NCBI GenBank assembly: GCA_041687695.1
Contig: JAWLBL010000028.1
Coordinates: 59,860-123,859 of the forward strand
Length of the DNA stretch: 64,000 nt
Reading direction: 5' to 3'
Origin: Myxococcota bacterium
GTDB taxonomy: Bacteria; Myxococcota_A; UBA9042; PHBI01; JAWLBL01
Numbering within the stretch: position 1 is the first letter of the stretch; each line of letters starts with the position of its first letter. The notes under the pieces were generated by a model. That model saw only the letters and a program-made list of their open reading frames with translations, was not told where the DNA came from and searched no databases. A program made the translations under genes and the position numbers. Shown here one piece after another: positions 42,001-52,770 of the stretch.

Positions 42001-45000
42001 CGACGTCAAGGGCGAGATGCTCGAGCTGAAGGACACCGTCAACACGATGGTGGGTCAGCTGTCGGCCTTCGCGGCGGAAGTGACGCGCGTGGCGCGCGAG
42101 GTGGGCACCGAAGGCAAGCTGGGCGGCCAGGCGCAGGTGCCGGGCGTCGCGGGCACATGGAAGGATCTGACCGACAACGTGAACCAGCTGGCCGGTAACC
42201 TGACGAACCAGGTGCGAAACATCGCGCTGGTGACCAAGGCGGTGGCCAGCGGCGACCTGTCGCAGAAGATCACGGTCGAGGCGCGCGGCGAGATCCTCGA
42301 GCTGAAGGAGACCATCAACCGGATGGTGGACCAGCTGCGCGCGTTCGCGGCCGAGGTGACGCGCGTGGCGCGCGAGGTGGGCACCGACGGCAACCTGGGC
42401 GGTCAGGCGCAGGTGCCGGGCGTCGCCGGCACGTGGAAGGATCTCACCGACAACGTGAACCAGCTGGCCGGCAACCTGACGCACCAGGTGCGAAACATCG
42501 CGCTGGTGACCAAGGCGGTGGCCTCCGGCGACCTGTCGCAGAAGATCACGGTCGAGGCGCGCGGCGAGATCCTCGAGCTGAAGGAGACCATCAACCGGAT
42601 GGTGGACCAGCTGCGCGCGTTCGCCGCGGAGGTGACGCGCGTGGCGCGCGAGGTGGGCACCGACGGCAAGCTGGGCGGGCAGGCGCAGGTGCCCGGCGTC
42701 GCCGGCACGTGGAAGGACCTCACCGACAACGTGAACGTCATGGCGACCAACCTGACCAACCAGGTGCGTGGCATCGCCAAGGTCGTGACCGCGGTCGCCA
42801 ACGGCGACCTGAGGCAGAAGCTGGGCCTCGACGCCAAGGGCGAGATCGCCGAGCTGGCCGACACCATCAACAACATGACCGACACGCTGCGCCTGTTCGC
42901 CGAGCAGGTCACCACGGTGGCCCGCGAGGTGGGCATCGAGGGCAAGCTGGGCGGTCAGGCCAAGGTGCCGGGCGCCGCCGGGACCTGGCGCGACCTGACG
43001 GACAACGTGAACCGCCTCGCCGGCAACCTCACCACGCAGGTGCGCGCCATCGCCGAGGTGGCCACCGCGGTGACCAAGGGTGACCTGACCCGGGCCATCT
43101 CGGTCGAGGCGCAGGGCGAGGTGCTGCAGCTCAAGGACAACATCAACCAGATGATCGCCAACCTGCGCGACACCACGCGGGCCAACAGCGAGCAGGACTG
43201 GCTGAAGACCAACCTCGCCAAGTTCTCGAGCATGATGCAGGGGCAGCGCACCATCGAGTCGCTGGCCAAGCTCATCATGAGCGAGCTGACCCCGCTGGTG
43301 AAGAGCCAGCACGGCGCCTTCTACGTCATCCAGGGCACCGACGAGGAGCCGGCGCTGGTCCTCAAGAGCAGCTACGCCTACACGCGCCGCAAGAGCGTCT
43401 CCAACCGGTTCGTCCCGGGCGAGGGGCTCATCGGCCAGTGCGCGCTCGAGAAAGAGCCCATCCTCGTCACCGACGTGCCCGACGACTACATCCTCATCAG
43501 CTCGGGCCTGGGCCAGGCGGCGCCGCGCAACATCTCGGTGTTCCCGGTGCTCTTCGAGGGGCAGCTCAAGGCGGTCATCGAGCTCGCCTCGTTCCACGCC
43601 TTCGAGCCCATCCACCTGACCTTCCTCGACCAGCTCACGCAGAGCATCGGCGTCGTGCTCAACATGATCGCCGCCTCGATGCGCACCGAGGAGCTGCTCG
43701 CCGAGCTGCAGCGCTCCAACACCGAGCTGGCCTCGCGCGGCAAGCTGCTCGAGGAGAAGGCCTCCGAGCTCGAGATCAAGAACCGCGAGATCGCGCGCGC
43801 CTCGGCCTCGCTCGAGGAGAAGGCCGCCGAGCTGGCCCGGACCTCGAAGTACAAGTCCGACTTCCTCGCCAACATGAGCCACGAGCTGCGGACCCCGCTC
43901 AACAGCCTGCTCATCCTGGCGAACCTGCTGGCGGACAACCAGGACGGCAACCTCGACGACAAGCAGGTCGAGTACGCGCGGACCATCTGCGGCGCCGGCA
44001 AGGATCTGCTGACCCTCATCGACGAGATCCTCGACCTGTCGAAGATCGAGGCCGGCAAGATCGAGGTGCGCCAGCAGCCCTTCACGCTCCGAGAGGTGCG
44101 CGAGTACGTCGAGCGCGGGTTCCGCCAGGTCGCCAACGAGCGGCACCTCGAGTTCGACATCCACATCGAGGACGACACGCCCGAGGCCATCGTCACCGAC
44201 TCGCAGCGCCTCTTGCAGATCCTCAAGAACCTGCTGTCCAACGCGTTCAAGTTCACCTCGCGCGGCCGCGTCCGCCTGGACGTGGGCCTCGCGCCGCCCG
44301 GGACGCCGTTCAAGTCCGACTCCTTGCAGAAGTCGGGCTCCGTCCTGGCCTTCGCGGTCCAGGACACGGGCATCGGCATCGCCGAGGACAAGCAGGCCAG
44401 CATCTTCGAGGCCTTCCAGCAGGCCGACGCGTCGACCAGCCGCACCTTCGGCGGCACCGGCCTGGGGCTGACCATCAGCCGCGAGCTGGCGCGGCTGCTC
44501 GGCGGCGAGATCGCGCTGCGGTCCATCCCCGGCATCGGCAGCTGCTTCACCCTCTTCGTGCCGGTCGGCGAGGTCGCGCGCCTGCCCGTGCCGGTCGCGC
44601 TCGAGCACAAGCCCCTGGCCCTGCCGCTGCCCAAGCCGCTGTCGGCGGGCACGCTCCAGGACCGGGTCATCGTCGCCGTCGACGACGACGCGCGGAACCT
44701 CTTCGCCGTCACCAGCCTGCTCGAGCGCCTCGGCGCCCGGGTCATCACCTTCGACTCGGCCCGCGAGGCCATCGACGGCATCGACACCCTCGGCCCCCTC
44801 GACGCCCTGCTGATGGACATCATGCTGCCGGGCATCGACGGCTACTCGGCGACGCGCGAGATCCGCAGCAACTCCCGCTGGGCCGCGCTGCCCATCATCG
44901 CCCTGACCGCCAAGGCGATGCCGGGCGACCGCGACAAGTGCCTCGAGGCCGGCTGCACGGACTTCGTGCCCAAGCCCGTCGACCCCGAGCTTCTCGTCGC

Positions 45001-45049
45001 GACGCTGCACCGTTGGCTCCCCAAGGGCGAAACTGCCAAGGTCGGTTGA
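39068..45049 (+). CDS. Poly-HAMP hybrid histidine kinase (HAMP array-GAF-HisKA-HATPase-REC; NIK1/Os-1-like)
   Basis: 14 WxDLTD units; [34 protein letters not shown]. Confidence 0.96.
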   Translation: MSAEVEARPAPAKGTKASTTKARATRRKPSPLDQQLLAVLEVLKAIRQGDFTARVDIDGAEGTVSEIAAEVNALVGQVQAFGSEIIRVSREVGTEGKLGGQASVPGVSGTWKDLTDNVNVLAGNLTSQVRNIALVTTAVANGDLSKTITVEAKGEILELKDTINTMVEQLRAFASEVTRVAREVGTEGKLGAQAEVQGVSGTWKDLTDNVNVLAGNLTSQVRNIALVTTAVANGDLSKTITVEAKGEILELKDTINTMVEQLRAFASEVTRVAREVGTEGKLGAQAEVQGVSGTWKDLTDNVNVLAGNLTSQVRNIALVTTAVANGDLSKTITVEAKGEIADLKNTINTMVGQLSSFAAEVTRVAREVGTEGKLGTQAQVAGVAGTWKDLTDSVNSMAGNLTDQVRGIALVTTAVANGDLSQKITVDVQGEMAELKNTINTMVDQLSSFASEVTRVAREVGTEGKLGGQAQVAGVAGIWKDLTDSVNSMASNLTDQVRGIAEVATAIANGDLGKKITVDVQGEILELKNTINTMVGQLSSFAAEVTRVAREVGTEGKLGGQATVPGVAGTWKDLTDNVNSMAGNLTSQVRNIAAVTTAVATGDLSKKITVDVQGEMLELKNTINTMVDQLSSFAAEVTRVAREVGTEGKLGGQAQVPGVAGTWKDLTDNVNQLAGNLTIQLRDVSKVATAIASGDLGQKITVHVQGEILQIKNTINTMVDQLSSFAAEVTRVAREVGTEGKLGGQADVKGVAGIWKDLTDSVNSMAGNLTSQVRNIAAVTTAVATGDLSKKITVDVQGEMLELKNTINTMVDQLSSFAAEVTRVAREVGTEGKLGGQAQVPGVAGTWKDLTDNVNQLAGNLTVQLRDVSKVARAIADGDLSKKITVDVRGEILQIKDTINTMVDQLRSFSSEVTRVAREVGTEGKLGGQAQVPGVAGTWKDLTDNVNSMAGNLTSQVRNIAAVTKAVANGDLGKKITVDVKGEMLELKDTVNTMVGQLSAFAAEVTRVAREVGTEGKLGGQAQVPGVAGTWKDLTDNVNQLAGNLTNQVRNIALVTKAVASGDLSQKITVEARGEILELKETINRMVDQLRAFAAEVTRVAREVGTDGNLGGQAQVPGVAGTWKDLTDNVNQLAGNLTHQVRNIALVTKAVASGDLSQKITVEARGEILELKETINRMVDQLRAFAAEVTRVAREVGTDGKLGGQAQVPGVAGTWKDLTDNVNVMATNLTNQVRGIAKVVTAVANGDLRQKLGLDAKGEIAELADTINNMTDTLRLFAEQVTTVAREVGIEGKLGGQAKVPGAAGTWRDLTDNVNRLAGNLTTQVRAIAEVATAVTKGDLTRAISVEAQGEVLQLKDNINQMIANLRDTTRANSEQDWLKTNLAKFSSMMQGQRTIESLAKLIMSELTPLVKSQHGAFYVIQGTDEEPALVLKSSYAYTRRKSVSNRFVPGEGLIGQCALEKEPILVTDVPDDYILISSGLGQAAPRNISVFPVLFEGQLKAVIELASFHAFEPIHLTFLDQLTQSIGVVLNMIAASMRTEELLAELQRSNTELASRGKLLEEKASELEIKNREIARASASLEEKAAELARTSKYKSDFLANMSHELRTPLNSLLILANLLADNQDGNLDDKQVEYARTICGAGKDLLTLIDEILDLSKIEAGKIEVRQQPFTLREVREYVERGFRQVANERHLEFDIHIEDDTPEAIVTDSQRLLQILKNLLSNAFKFTSRGRVRLDVGLAPPGTPFKSDSLQKSGSVLAFAVQDTGIGIAEDKQASIFEAFQQADASTSRTFGGTGLGLTISRELARLLGGEIALRSIPGIGSCFTLFVPVGEVARLPVPVALEHKPLALPLPKPLSAGTLQDRVIVAVDDDARNLFAVTSLLERLGARVITFDSAREAIDGIDTLGPLDALLMDIMLPGIDGYSATREIRSNSRWAALPIIALTAKAMPGDRDKCLEAGCTDFVPKPVDPELLVATLHRWLPKGETAKVG
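39310..43160 (+). repeat. Intragenic array of 14 x 276-bp HAMP repeat units
   Basis: The Trp codon of W(K/R)DLTD recurs every 276 bp from 39398 to 42986. Confidence 0.93.
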
Positions 45050-46746
45050 TGGACGCTTCGTTGGAACCCACTGGCGACATCGAGCGCGCACGCATCCTGC
45101 TCGTCGACGACTCGCCCCAGACGCTGACCGCCCTGCGGGCCATCCTCGAGTGCTCGCGTTACGATCTCGTGTGCGCCAGCACCGGCGAAGAGGCGCTGCG
45201 CAAGGTGCTCAAGCAGGACTTCGCCTGCATCCTGCTGGACATCGTCCTGCCGGACATCAACGGCGTCGAGCTGGCCTCGCTGCTCAAGCAGCGCGAGCGC
45301 ACCGAGGCGACCCCCATCATCTTCCTGACCGGCGCCGACGACGACGTGGGCTTTCTGTACCGCGCCTACTCGGCGGGCGCCGTCGACTACCTGCGCAAGC
45401 CCGTCGACGCGGCGGTGCTGCGGTCCAAGGTCGGCGTCTTCGTCGAGCTGTGGTCCAAGACGCGCCAGATCGCCTGGCAGGCGCAGCGGCTGGCCGAGAG
45501 CGAGCGACGCGCGCGCGAGGCCGAGCTGGCCATGGTGAGGCGCGAGAGCGAGCAGCGCTACCGCAACCTGGCCGAGGCCATCCCGCACGTCGTCTTCACG
45601 GCGCGGCCGGACGGGCGCATCGACTACGTCAACCGCGGGTGGGGCGAGCTGACCGGCACCGATCCCGACCTCATCCTGACCGAGCAGGTGCCGCCCGGAC
45701 TGCACCCCGAAGACGCGGGCGCGTTTCAGCGTGAGTGGCGCGCCGCCCTCGAGCGGGTCGAGGCGTTCCAGGCCACCTGCCGGCTGCGGGCGCAGGGCGG
45801 CCAGTGGCGTTGGATCCTGTGTCGCGCGCTGCCCGAGCGGGACGACGCCGGCAACGTCGTGGCGTGGCTGGGGACGTTCACGGACATCGACGAGCAGCGG
45901 CGGGCGCACGAGGAGCGGGCGCGGCTGCTGGCCCGCGAGCACGAGGCGCGCCTGCAGGCCGAGGAGGCCGTCAAGGCACGCGACGAGTTCCTGGGCGTGG
46001 CGAGCCACGAGCTGAAGACGCCGCTGACCTCGCTGCAGCTGCTCATCCAGGGCTTCACGCGGCGGGCCGAGCGCGAGGGCGAGGGGGCCATGCCGGCCAA
46101 GCAGGTCCTCGACAAGCTGCGCGTCGCCGAGCGGCAGATCGGCCGCCTCGGGGGTCTCGTCGAGCAGCTGCTGGACGTCGCGCGCATCCGCAGCGGCAAG
46201 CTGCCGCTCCTGGTCGAGGACGCCGACCTCGCCAGCATCGTGCAGGACGTGGCGCAGCGCTTCGAGGCCGCGGGCCAGGCCACCGGCACGCCCATCCTGG
46301 TCGACTGCAACGATCCGGTCCCGGGCCGCTGGGACGTCCTGCGCGTCGAGCAGGTGGTGACGAACCTCATCAGCAACGCGGTCAAGTACGGCAACGGCCG
46401 GCCGGTGCACGTCGTCTGCGCCATGGTGGGGCCCGAGGCGACCATCAGCGTCGCCGACGAGGGCATCGGCATCGGCGCCTCCGACCTCGACCGCATCTTC
46501 GAGCGCTTCGAGCGCGCCGAGCGCGCCCGCAACTTCAGCGGCCTGGGCCTGGGCCTGTACATCACCCGCCAGCTCGTCATGGCCCACGGCGGCACCATCG
46601 CCGCCCACAGCGAGGAAGGGCAGGGCGCCACCTTCACCGTCCGCCTGCCCCTGGTCACCGCCGAGCCCGACGACCCCACCGAGCCCGTCGACGGCGACGC
46701 CGAAGTCCCCGCGCCCCAACCCGCCCCAGCCCTCGCCGCCGGCTGA
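45049..46746 (+). CDS. Hybrid sensor kinase (REC-PAS-HisKA-HATPase)
   Basis: TGATG overlap with the upstream gene; ILLVDD..LLDI; PAS/PAC LHPED...WLGTFTDI; SHELKTPL; GLGLGL. Confidence 0.93.
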   Translation: MDASLEPTGDIERARILLVDDSPQTLTALRAILECSRYDLVCASTGEEALRKVLKQDFACILLDIVLPDINGVELASLLKQRERTEATPIIFLTGADDDVGFLYRAYSAGAVDYLRKPVDAAVLRSKVGVFVELWSKTRQIAWQAQRLAESERRAREAELAMVRRESEQRYRNLAEAIPHVVFTARPDGRIDYVNRGWGELTGTDPDLILTEQVPPGLHPEDAGAFQREWRAALERVEAFQATCRLRAQGGQWRWILCRALPERDDAGNVVAWLGTFTDIDEQRRAHEERARLLAREHEARLQAEEAVKARDEFLGVASHELKTPLTSLQLLIQGFTRRAEREGEGAMPAKQVLDKLRVAERQIGRLGGLVEQLLDVARIRSGKLPLLVEDADLASIVQDVAQRFEAAGQATGTPILVDCNDPVPGRWDVLRVEQVVTNLISNAVKYGNGRPVHVVCAMVGPEATISVADEGIGIGASDLDRIFERFERAERARNFSGLGLGLYITRQLVMAHGGTIAAHSEEGQGATFTVRLPLVTAEPDDPTEPVDGDAEVPAPQPAPALAAG

Positions 46747-46797
46747 CCGCCCGCCGCCTCAGTCGAAGACGGCTTGGGCGCCCGGTCGCCCCCTCCC

Positions 46798-46995
46798 TTA
46801 CGCCTCCGCGGCCAGCGTCTCAATCGCCTTGGCCAGCCGACGTGCTCGCGTCTCGGGGCGCTTGGCCTCGTCCAAGTGCTTCAGCCACTCGCGGCGGTGG
46901 CTCGGGGGCAGGCGCTCCCAACGGCGCTGGGCGTCGGGGCAGTCGGCGAGCGCCTGGGCCAGGTCCGCAGGCGCCTCGGTGGCGTTCGCGCTCAC
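46798..46995 (-). CDS. YdeI/OmpD-associated small domain protein
   Basis: PADLAQAL..WERLPPSHRREW..AKRPETRARR; GTGA overlap with the upstream gene. Confidence 0.85.
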   Translation of the reverse strand: MSANATEAPADLAQALADCPDAQRRWERLPPSHRREWLKHLDEAKRPETRARRLAKAIETLAAEA

Positions 46996-47489
46996 TCGGT
47001 CGGCGGGTTCAGGACCGCGTCGGTCACGTCCGAGCACTGCTTGCCGTCCGGCAGGGCGCCCGAGCTGGTCACCGTCTCGCAGTCGATGGGCGACAGGAAG
47101 TTGTTGGCCGACACCTTGCCGACCGTCTCCTCGAGCAGGCAGCGGCAGGCCGGCTCCATCGTGCCCTGGGTGGTCTGGCGCAGCTCGGCCAGCAGCTGCG
47201 CCTTGGTCTCGGCCGAGGTCGCCTGGTCCTGTTCGATCTTCTGCCGCCCGACCTGGTACTGCGTGATGACCGTGTCCGTCGCGGGGACCAGCGCCTCGCA
47301 GCTGTCCTGCACGGCGCCGGCGGTCAGCGAGCTGGCGCCCAGGTTCGCGCAGCACGTCAACACGCGCGAGCAGTTGGGTAGATCCGCCTCCTTGAGCGGG
47401 GCGGCCTTGCCGTCGAGGCGCTCCTCGAGGACGTCGCAGGCGGGCAGGGCGCAGAGCGCGGTCAGGACGAGGGCGGCCAGGGTGCGCAT
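46992..47489 (-). CDS. Hypothetical Cys-rich lipoprotein
   Basis: LPA|C lipobox, 8 further Cys; GGAG RBS. Confidence 0.75.
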   Translation of the reverse strand: MRTLAALVLTALCALPACDVLEERLDGKAAPLKEADLPNCSRVLTCCANLGASSLTAGAVQDSCEALVPATDTVITQYQVGRQKIEQDQATSAETKAQLLAELRQTTQGTMEPACRCLLEETVGKVSANNFLSPIDCETVTSSGALPDGKQCSDVTDAVLNPPTE

Positions 47490-47579
47490 GGGGGCTCTCC
47501 GTGACGAATCGTTCCGCCTCTGTAGCACTTCCCGCGCCTCGATGACACCAGCGCCGACGCCGAGTAGCATCGCGCCCGC

Positions 47580-49949
47580 ATGAACATGTCCTCATACGTC
47601 CGCCTCGTCCTCCGCCACCGCGTCGCCGTGCTAACCCTGGTCGCCGTCGTCAGCGCCTTCGCCGTCGTCGCGCTCGGCCGGGCCACCATCGGCACCTCGC
47701 TGGGCAAGCTCTTTCTGGGCGAGACCCCGGCCTACGCCACCTACCTCGAGCGCATCGCCCGCTTCGGCAGCGACGAGGCCGTCATCGTCGCCGTCGAGGA
47801 CGCCGATCTCCTGGCCGAGGCCACCCTCGACCGCCTCGAGGACGCCGTCCTCCGGGTCGAGGCCCTCGCGGACGTCGACGCCGTCGTCAGCCCCCACTCC
47901 GCGCAGCGCCTGCGCTTCACCGGCGGCGGCCTGCGCGCCACCCGCCTCGACGACGCCCTCCGCGACGCGCTCGACGACGGCCCCGACGCCGCCCGTCAGA
48001 CCCTCGCCGCCTACCGCGCCGACCCGCTCGCCGCGGCCCTGCTCGCCTCCGAGGACGGCCGCCACGCCATCGTCGTCGTCGAGCTGGTCCCCGACCCCGA
48101 CCGCCCCGCCGAGCGCGGCCCCGCCATCGTCGCCGACGTCCTGTCCGCCTTCACCGACGCCGGCTTCGCCGCCCACCAGCTCCACCGCGCCGGCTTCCTC
48201 GCCGTCATGAGCGAGGTCATGGCCCAGACCGAGGTCAGCCTCACCCGCGTCTTCCCCTGGTGCGCCGCCGTCCTCCTCGTCATCGTCTGGCTCCTCTTCC
48301 GCCGCCTCTGGCCCGTCGCCATCGCCATGGGCGTCGCCCTCGTCGCCGTCCTGTGGACCATGGCCTTCGCCATCCTGCTCGACCCCCAGGTCAGCGTCAT
48401 GATGGCCATGGTCCCGGCCGTCGTCCTCATCGTCGCCTTCTCCGACATCATCCACCTCGTCAGCGCCTACCTGCTCGAGCTCGCCGCCGGCCACCCAAAG
48501 GACGACGCCATCGTCCTCAGCGCCGCCGACGTCGGCACCGCCTGCGTCTGGACCTCCGCCACCACCTTCGTCGGCTTCGTCGGCATGTCCTTCGTCCCGA
48601 CCCCCGCCTTCCGCCTCCTCGGCCTCACCCTCGGCGTCGGCGTCGCCATCGCCCTCCTGCTCGCCGTCACCCTCGTCCCCATCGCCTTCTCCCTCATGCG
48701 CGCCCCCAAACCCTGGCGCGCCGGCGCCACCTCCGACGTCCAGGACGGCCTCGACCGCCTCCTCGCCCGCGCCGCCCGCCTCGCCACCGGCCGCCCCCGC
48801 CTGGTCGTCGCCGCCACCGCAGCCGTCCTCGCCGTCACCGCCTTCGGCCTGACCCGCCTCCACGTCGAGACCGAGTTCACCCAGCGCCTCGGCGAGGGCA
48901 ACCAGGTCCGCCGCGACGCCGACTTCTTCGCCGCCCACTTCCCCCGCACCCACCAGCTCGACCTCTTCGTCGAGACCGCCGCCCCCGAGGGCCTGTTCGA
49001 CCCGGCCCTGCTCGCCCGCCTCGCCGCCTTCCAGGACGCCGTCGCCGCCCGCCCCGACGTCGACGCCGTCACCTCCGTGGTCGACCTCGTCGCCCGCGTC
49101 CACCACGAGATCCACGAGGGCGACCCCGCCGCCGGCCGCCTCCCCGACTCCCGCGAGGCCATCGCCCAGTACGTCCTGCTCTTCGAGATGGCCGGCGGCA
49201 AGGGCCTGACGCGCCTCATCGACTTCGATCGCCGCGTCGCCCGTCTGTCCATCCGTCTCGCCGACGAGGGCGTCCGCGCCGCCGCCGTCACCGGTGACGC
49301 CATAGCCACGCTCTCGGCCTCGCACCTGGGCGAAGCCGCCGCCGCCGTCTCCGTCGAGCCCTCGGGCATCCTCTACCTCATCGGCTCCTGGCTCGACGAG
49401 GTCCTCGCCGGCCAGCAGCGCGGCCTCGGCTTCACCTTCGCCGTCATCGCCCTGATGATGGTCGTCGCCCTGCGCTCGCTGCGCGTCGGCCTGTGGTCGA
49501 TGCTCCCCAACGCCTTGCCGGTCCTCGTCCTCGGCGCCTGGCTCGGCCTCACCCGCGACCGCGTCGACTCCGACCACCTCGCCCTGGCCATGCTCGCCAT
49601 CGGCATCGGCGTCGACGACACCATCCACTTCCTGGTCCGCTATCGCCTCGAGGCCGCCCGCTGCGCGCCCGACGCCGCCGGCCGCGCCGAGGCCCTGCGC
49701 CGCGCCTACGACTTCGCCGGCCGCGCCATCGTGATGACCACGGTCGTCCTGGGCGCCGGCTTCGCCCCCATGGCGCTGAGCGACTACGGCAGCACGCAGA
49801 TGTTCGGGACCTTGCTCCCGATGACCCTGGTGGTCGCCCTGCTCGCCGATCTCCTGCTGGTCCCCGCCATGGCCCAGCTCGGCTGGCTGCGCTTCCCCGC
49901 GTCCGCGCAGGACCGCGCCCCCGCCGACCGAGCGTCGCGCGCCGCGTGA
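47580..49949 (+). CDS. MMPL/RND family transporter
   Basis: Two periplasmic loops and TM bundles; SDIIHL, TSATTFVGF, GIGVDDTIH. Confidence 0.92.
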   Translation: MNMSSYVRLVLRHRVAVLTLVAVVSAFAVVALGRATIGTSLGKLFLGETPAYATYLERIARFGSDEAVIVAVEDADLLAEATLDRLEDAVLRVEALADVDAVVSPHSAQRLRFTGGGLRATRLDDALRDALDDGPDAARQTLAAYRADPLAAALLASEDGRHAIVVVELVPDPDRPAERGPAIVADVLSAFTDAGFAAHQLHRAGFLAVMSEVMAQTEVSLTRVFPWCAAVLLVIVWLLFRRLWPVAIAMGVALVAVLWTMAFAILLDPQVSVMMAMVPAVVLIVAFSDIIHLVSAYLLELAAGHPKDDAIVLSAADVGTACVWTSATTFVGFVGMSFVPTPAFRLLGLTLGVGVAIALLLAVTLVPIAFSLMRAPKPWRAGATSDVQDGLDRLLARAARLATGRPRLVVAATAAVLAVTAFGLTRLHVETEFTQRLGEGNQVRRDADFFAAHFPRTHQLDLFVETAAPEGLFDPALLARLAAFQDAVAARPDVDAVTSVVDLVARVHHEIHEGDPAAGRLPDSREAIAQYVLLFEMAGGKGLTRLIDFDRRVARLSIRLADEGVRAAAVTGDAIATLSASHLGEAAAAVSVEPSGILYLIGSWLDEVLAGQQRGLGFTFAVIALMMVVALRSLRVGLWSMLPNALPVLVLGAWLGLTRDRVDSDHLALAMLAIGIGVDDTIHFLVRYRLEAARCAPDAAGRAEALRRAYDFAGRAIVMTTVVLGAGFAPMALSDYGSTQMFGTLLPMTLVVALLADLLLVPAMAQLGWLRFPASAQDRAPADRASRAA

Positions 49950-50075
49950 GCGAGGCCGGCTGAACGTTTGCGGCCCGGGCCGCGTTGCGATACATGCCCC
50001 GGCATCCCAAGCGCGCTCGCGGGGCCGGCCCCATCTCACGGGCCGACGCGAGCGCCCCTGAACCTCGGATGGACG

Positions 50076-50831
<756 letters not shown>

Positions 50832-50839
50832 TCCGCGGC

Positions 50840-50868
50840 GGGGTCAGGCCCCGGCCAGGCCTGACCCC
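50840..50868. terminator. Hairpin between convergent genes
   Basis: 11-bp perfect stem GGGGTCAGGCC/GGCCTGACCCC with a 7-nt loop. Confidence 0.55.
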
Positions 50869-50873
50869 TGCCT

Positions 50874-52751
50874 TCATTCCTGCTGCGCGAACTGCGTCCG
50901 GTACAGCTCCGCGTACAGTCCGCCCGCCGCCAGCAGCTCGGCGTGCGTGCCGCGTTGCACCACGCGCCCGCCGTCCAGGACCAGGATGGCGTCGGCCTCG
51001 CGCACGGTCGACAGGCGATGCGCGATGACCAGCGACGTCCGCCCCTCGAGCGCCGTCGCCAGGGCCCGCTGCACGGCCGCCTCGGACTCCGAGTCCAGGT
51101 GCGCCGTCGCCTCGTCCAGGATGACGATGTCCGGCGCCTTCAGCAGGAGGCGCGCGATGGCCAGCCGCTGGCGCTCGCCGCCCGACAGGCGATAGCCGCG
51201 GTCGCCGGCCACGGTGTCCAGCCCCTCGGGCATCGCGGCGACCAGCTCCCCGATGCGCGCCGCGTCCAGGGCGGCCAGCAGCTCGGCCTCGGTCGCGTCG
51301 GGCCGCGCCACGGCCAGGTTGGCCCGGATGGTCTCGTGGTACAGGTGGGCGTCCTGGGTCACGACGCCGATACGCGCGCGCAGCGAGGCCTGCGTCACCT
51401 CGCGGACGTCGACCCCGCCGACCCGCACGGCGCCCGCGGTGACGTCGTACAGCCGCGGGACCAGGACGGTCAGCGTGCTCTTGCCCGCCCCCGAGCGACC
51501 CACCAGCGCGACCATCTGGCCGGGCGCGACCCGGAAGCTGACGTCGTCCAGCACCGTCGCCCCGGCGTCGGCCGGCAGCGTCGCCAACGCCTCGAGCGAG
51601 GCCAGCGACACCTCGCTCGCCGCCGGATAGTGGAACGAGACGTGGTCGAACTCGATGGAGGCCGGCGCGTCGGGCGGCAGCGGCCGCGCGTCGGGCCGGT
51701 CATCCACGCTGGGCGGCAGGTCGAGCACCTCGAGCACCCGCTCGAAGCTGACCAGCGTCGTCATCACGTCGACCTGCACGTTCGAAAGGGCGGTCAGCGG
51801 GCCGTACAGGCGCCCCAGGTAGGCCGTCATGGCCACTAGCGTCCCGATCCCGATGGCGTCGTCGATGACGAACAGCCCACCCAGGCCGTAGACCAGCGCC
51901 ACGGCCAGCGCCGCCAGGAGGGTCAGCGACACCCGGAACACGCCGGCGTACATCGACTGCAGGACGCCCGCGTCGCGCACCCGCTCGGCCCGCTCGCGGA
52001 AGGCCGCCGCGTCGTCGTCCGCGCGCCCGAACACCTTGGCCAGGACGGCGCCCGCCACGTTGAAGCGCTCGGCCATCAGCTGACCCATGTCGGCGTTGAG
52101 GCGGTAGCGCTCGCTGGTCACCCGCCGCAGCCGCGGCGCCATCAGCCGCGCGGGCATCAGGAACAGCGGCACCAGGGCCAGCGACAGCAGCGTGAGCGGC
52201 CACGACATGACGAACATGGCCGTCAGGACCAGCACCACGCTCAGCGCGTTGCTGACCAGGTTCGACAGGGTCGACGTGAAGGCCTGCTGCGCGCCCAGGA
52301 CGTCGCCGTTGAGGCGCTGGATGAGCGCGCCCGTCTGCGTGCGGCTGAAGAAGGCGACCGGCAGGCGCTGCACGTGGTCGAACACGGCGGTCCGCAGGTC
52401 CACGATGAGCCCCTCGCCGATGCGCGAGGACAGCCAGCGCTGCCCCAGCGCCAGCGCGGCCGACGCTACGGCCAGCCCGGCGACCGCCGCCGCCAGCCCG
52501 ACGACCAGCCCGCGCCGGCCCTCGGCGATGCCTACGTCAATGATCTCGCGGAACAGCAGCGGCACCGCGGCGCCGATGGTCGCGTCCAGCGCCACCAGCC
52601 CTAAGAACAGCGCGATGCGCCACTTGAAGGGCGCCGCGAAGCCCAGGATGCGCCGCACCGTGCCGGGCGCCAGCCGGTGATCCTTGACCGACGCGTCCTT
52701 CATGAACGAGCGCATCGTGCGCCCGCCGCCCCCGCCGCGGTCCATCGTCAC
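50874..52751 (-). CDS. ABC exporter, fused permease and ATPase
   Basis: 6-TM domain; GRSGAGKS, LSGGERQR, ILDEATAHLD. Confidence 0.95.
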   Translation of the reverse strand: MTMDRGGGGGRTMRSFMKDASVKDHRLAPGTVRRILGFAAPFKWRIALFLGLVALDATIGAAVPLLFREIIDVGIAEGRRGLVVGLAAAVAGLAVASAALALGQRWLSSRIGEGLIVDLRTAVFDHVQRLPVAFFSRTQTGALIQRLNGDVLGAQQAFTSTLSNLVSNALSVVLVLTAMFVMSWPLTLLSLALVPLFLMPARLMAPRLRRVTSERYRLNADMGQLMAERFNVAGAVLAKVFGRADDDAAAFRERAERVRDAGVLQSMYAGVFRVSLTLLAALAVALVYGLGGLFVIDDAIGIGTLVAMTAYLGRLYGPLTALSNVQVDVMTTLVSFERVLEVLDLPPSVDDRPDARPLPPDAPASIEFDHVSFHYPAASEVSLASLEALATLPADAGATVLDDVSFRVAPGQMVALVGRSGAGKSTLTVLVPRLYDVTAGAVRVGGVDVREVTQASLRARIGVVTQDAHLYHETIRANLAVARPDATEAELLAALDAARIGELVAAMPEGLDTVAGDRGYRLSGGERQRLAIARLLLKAPDIVILDEATAHLDSESEAAVQRALATALEGRTSLVIAHRLSTVREADAILVLDGGRVVQRGTHAELLAAGGLYAELYRTQFAQQE

Positions 52752-52770
52752 GCCGCGGCCTCGGCCGTCG

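Noticed and set aside
43438..45048. N-terminal extension of the second kinase (1102-aa ORF)
   Set aside because: Off-frame overlap with the upstream kinase; the coupled ATG at 45049 fits better. The same applies to track ORFs 1613-3358, 22321-23643, 27524-29026 and 28338-31328
38957..45091. 2044-aa ORF antisense to the poly-HAMP kinase
   Set aside because: Shadow ORF caused by high GC3 and the repeats; no independent motifs
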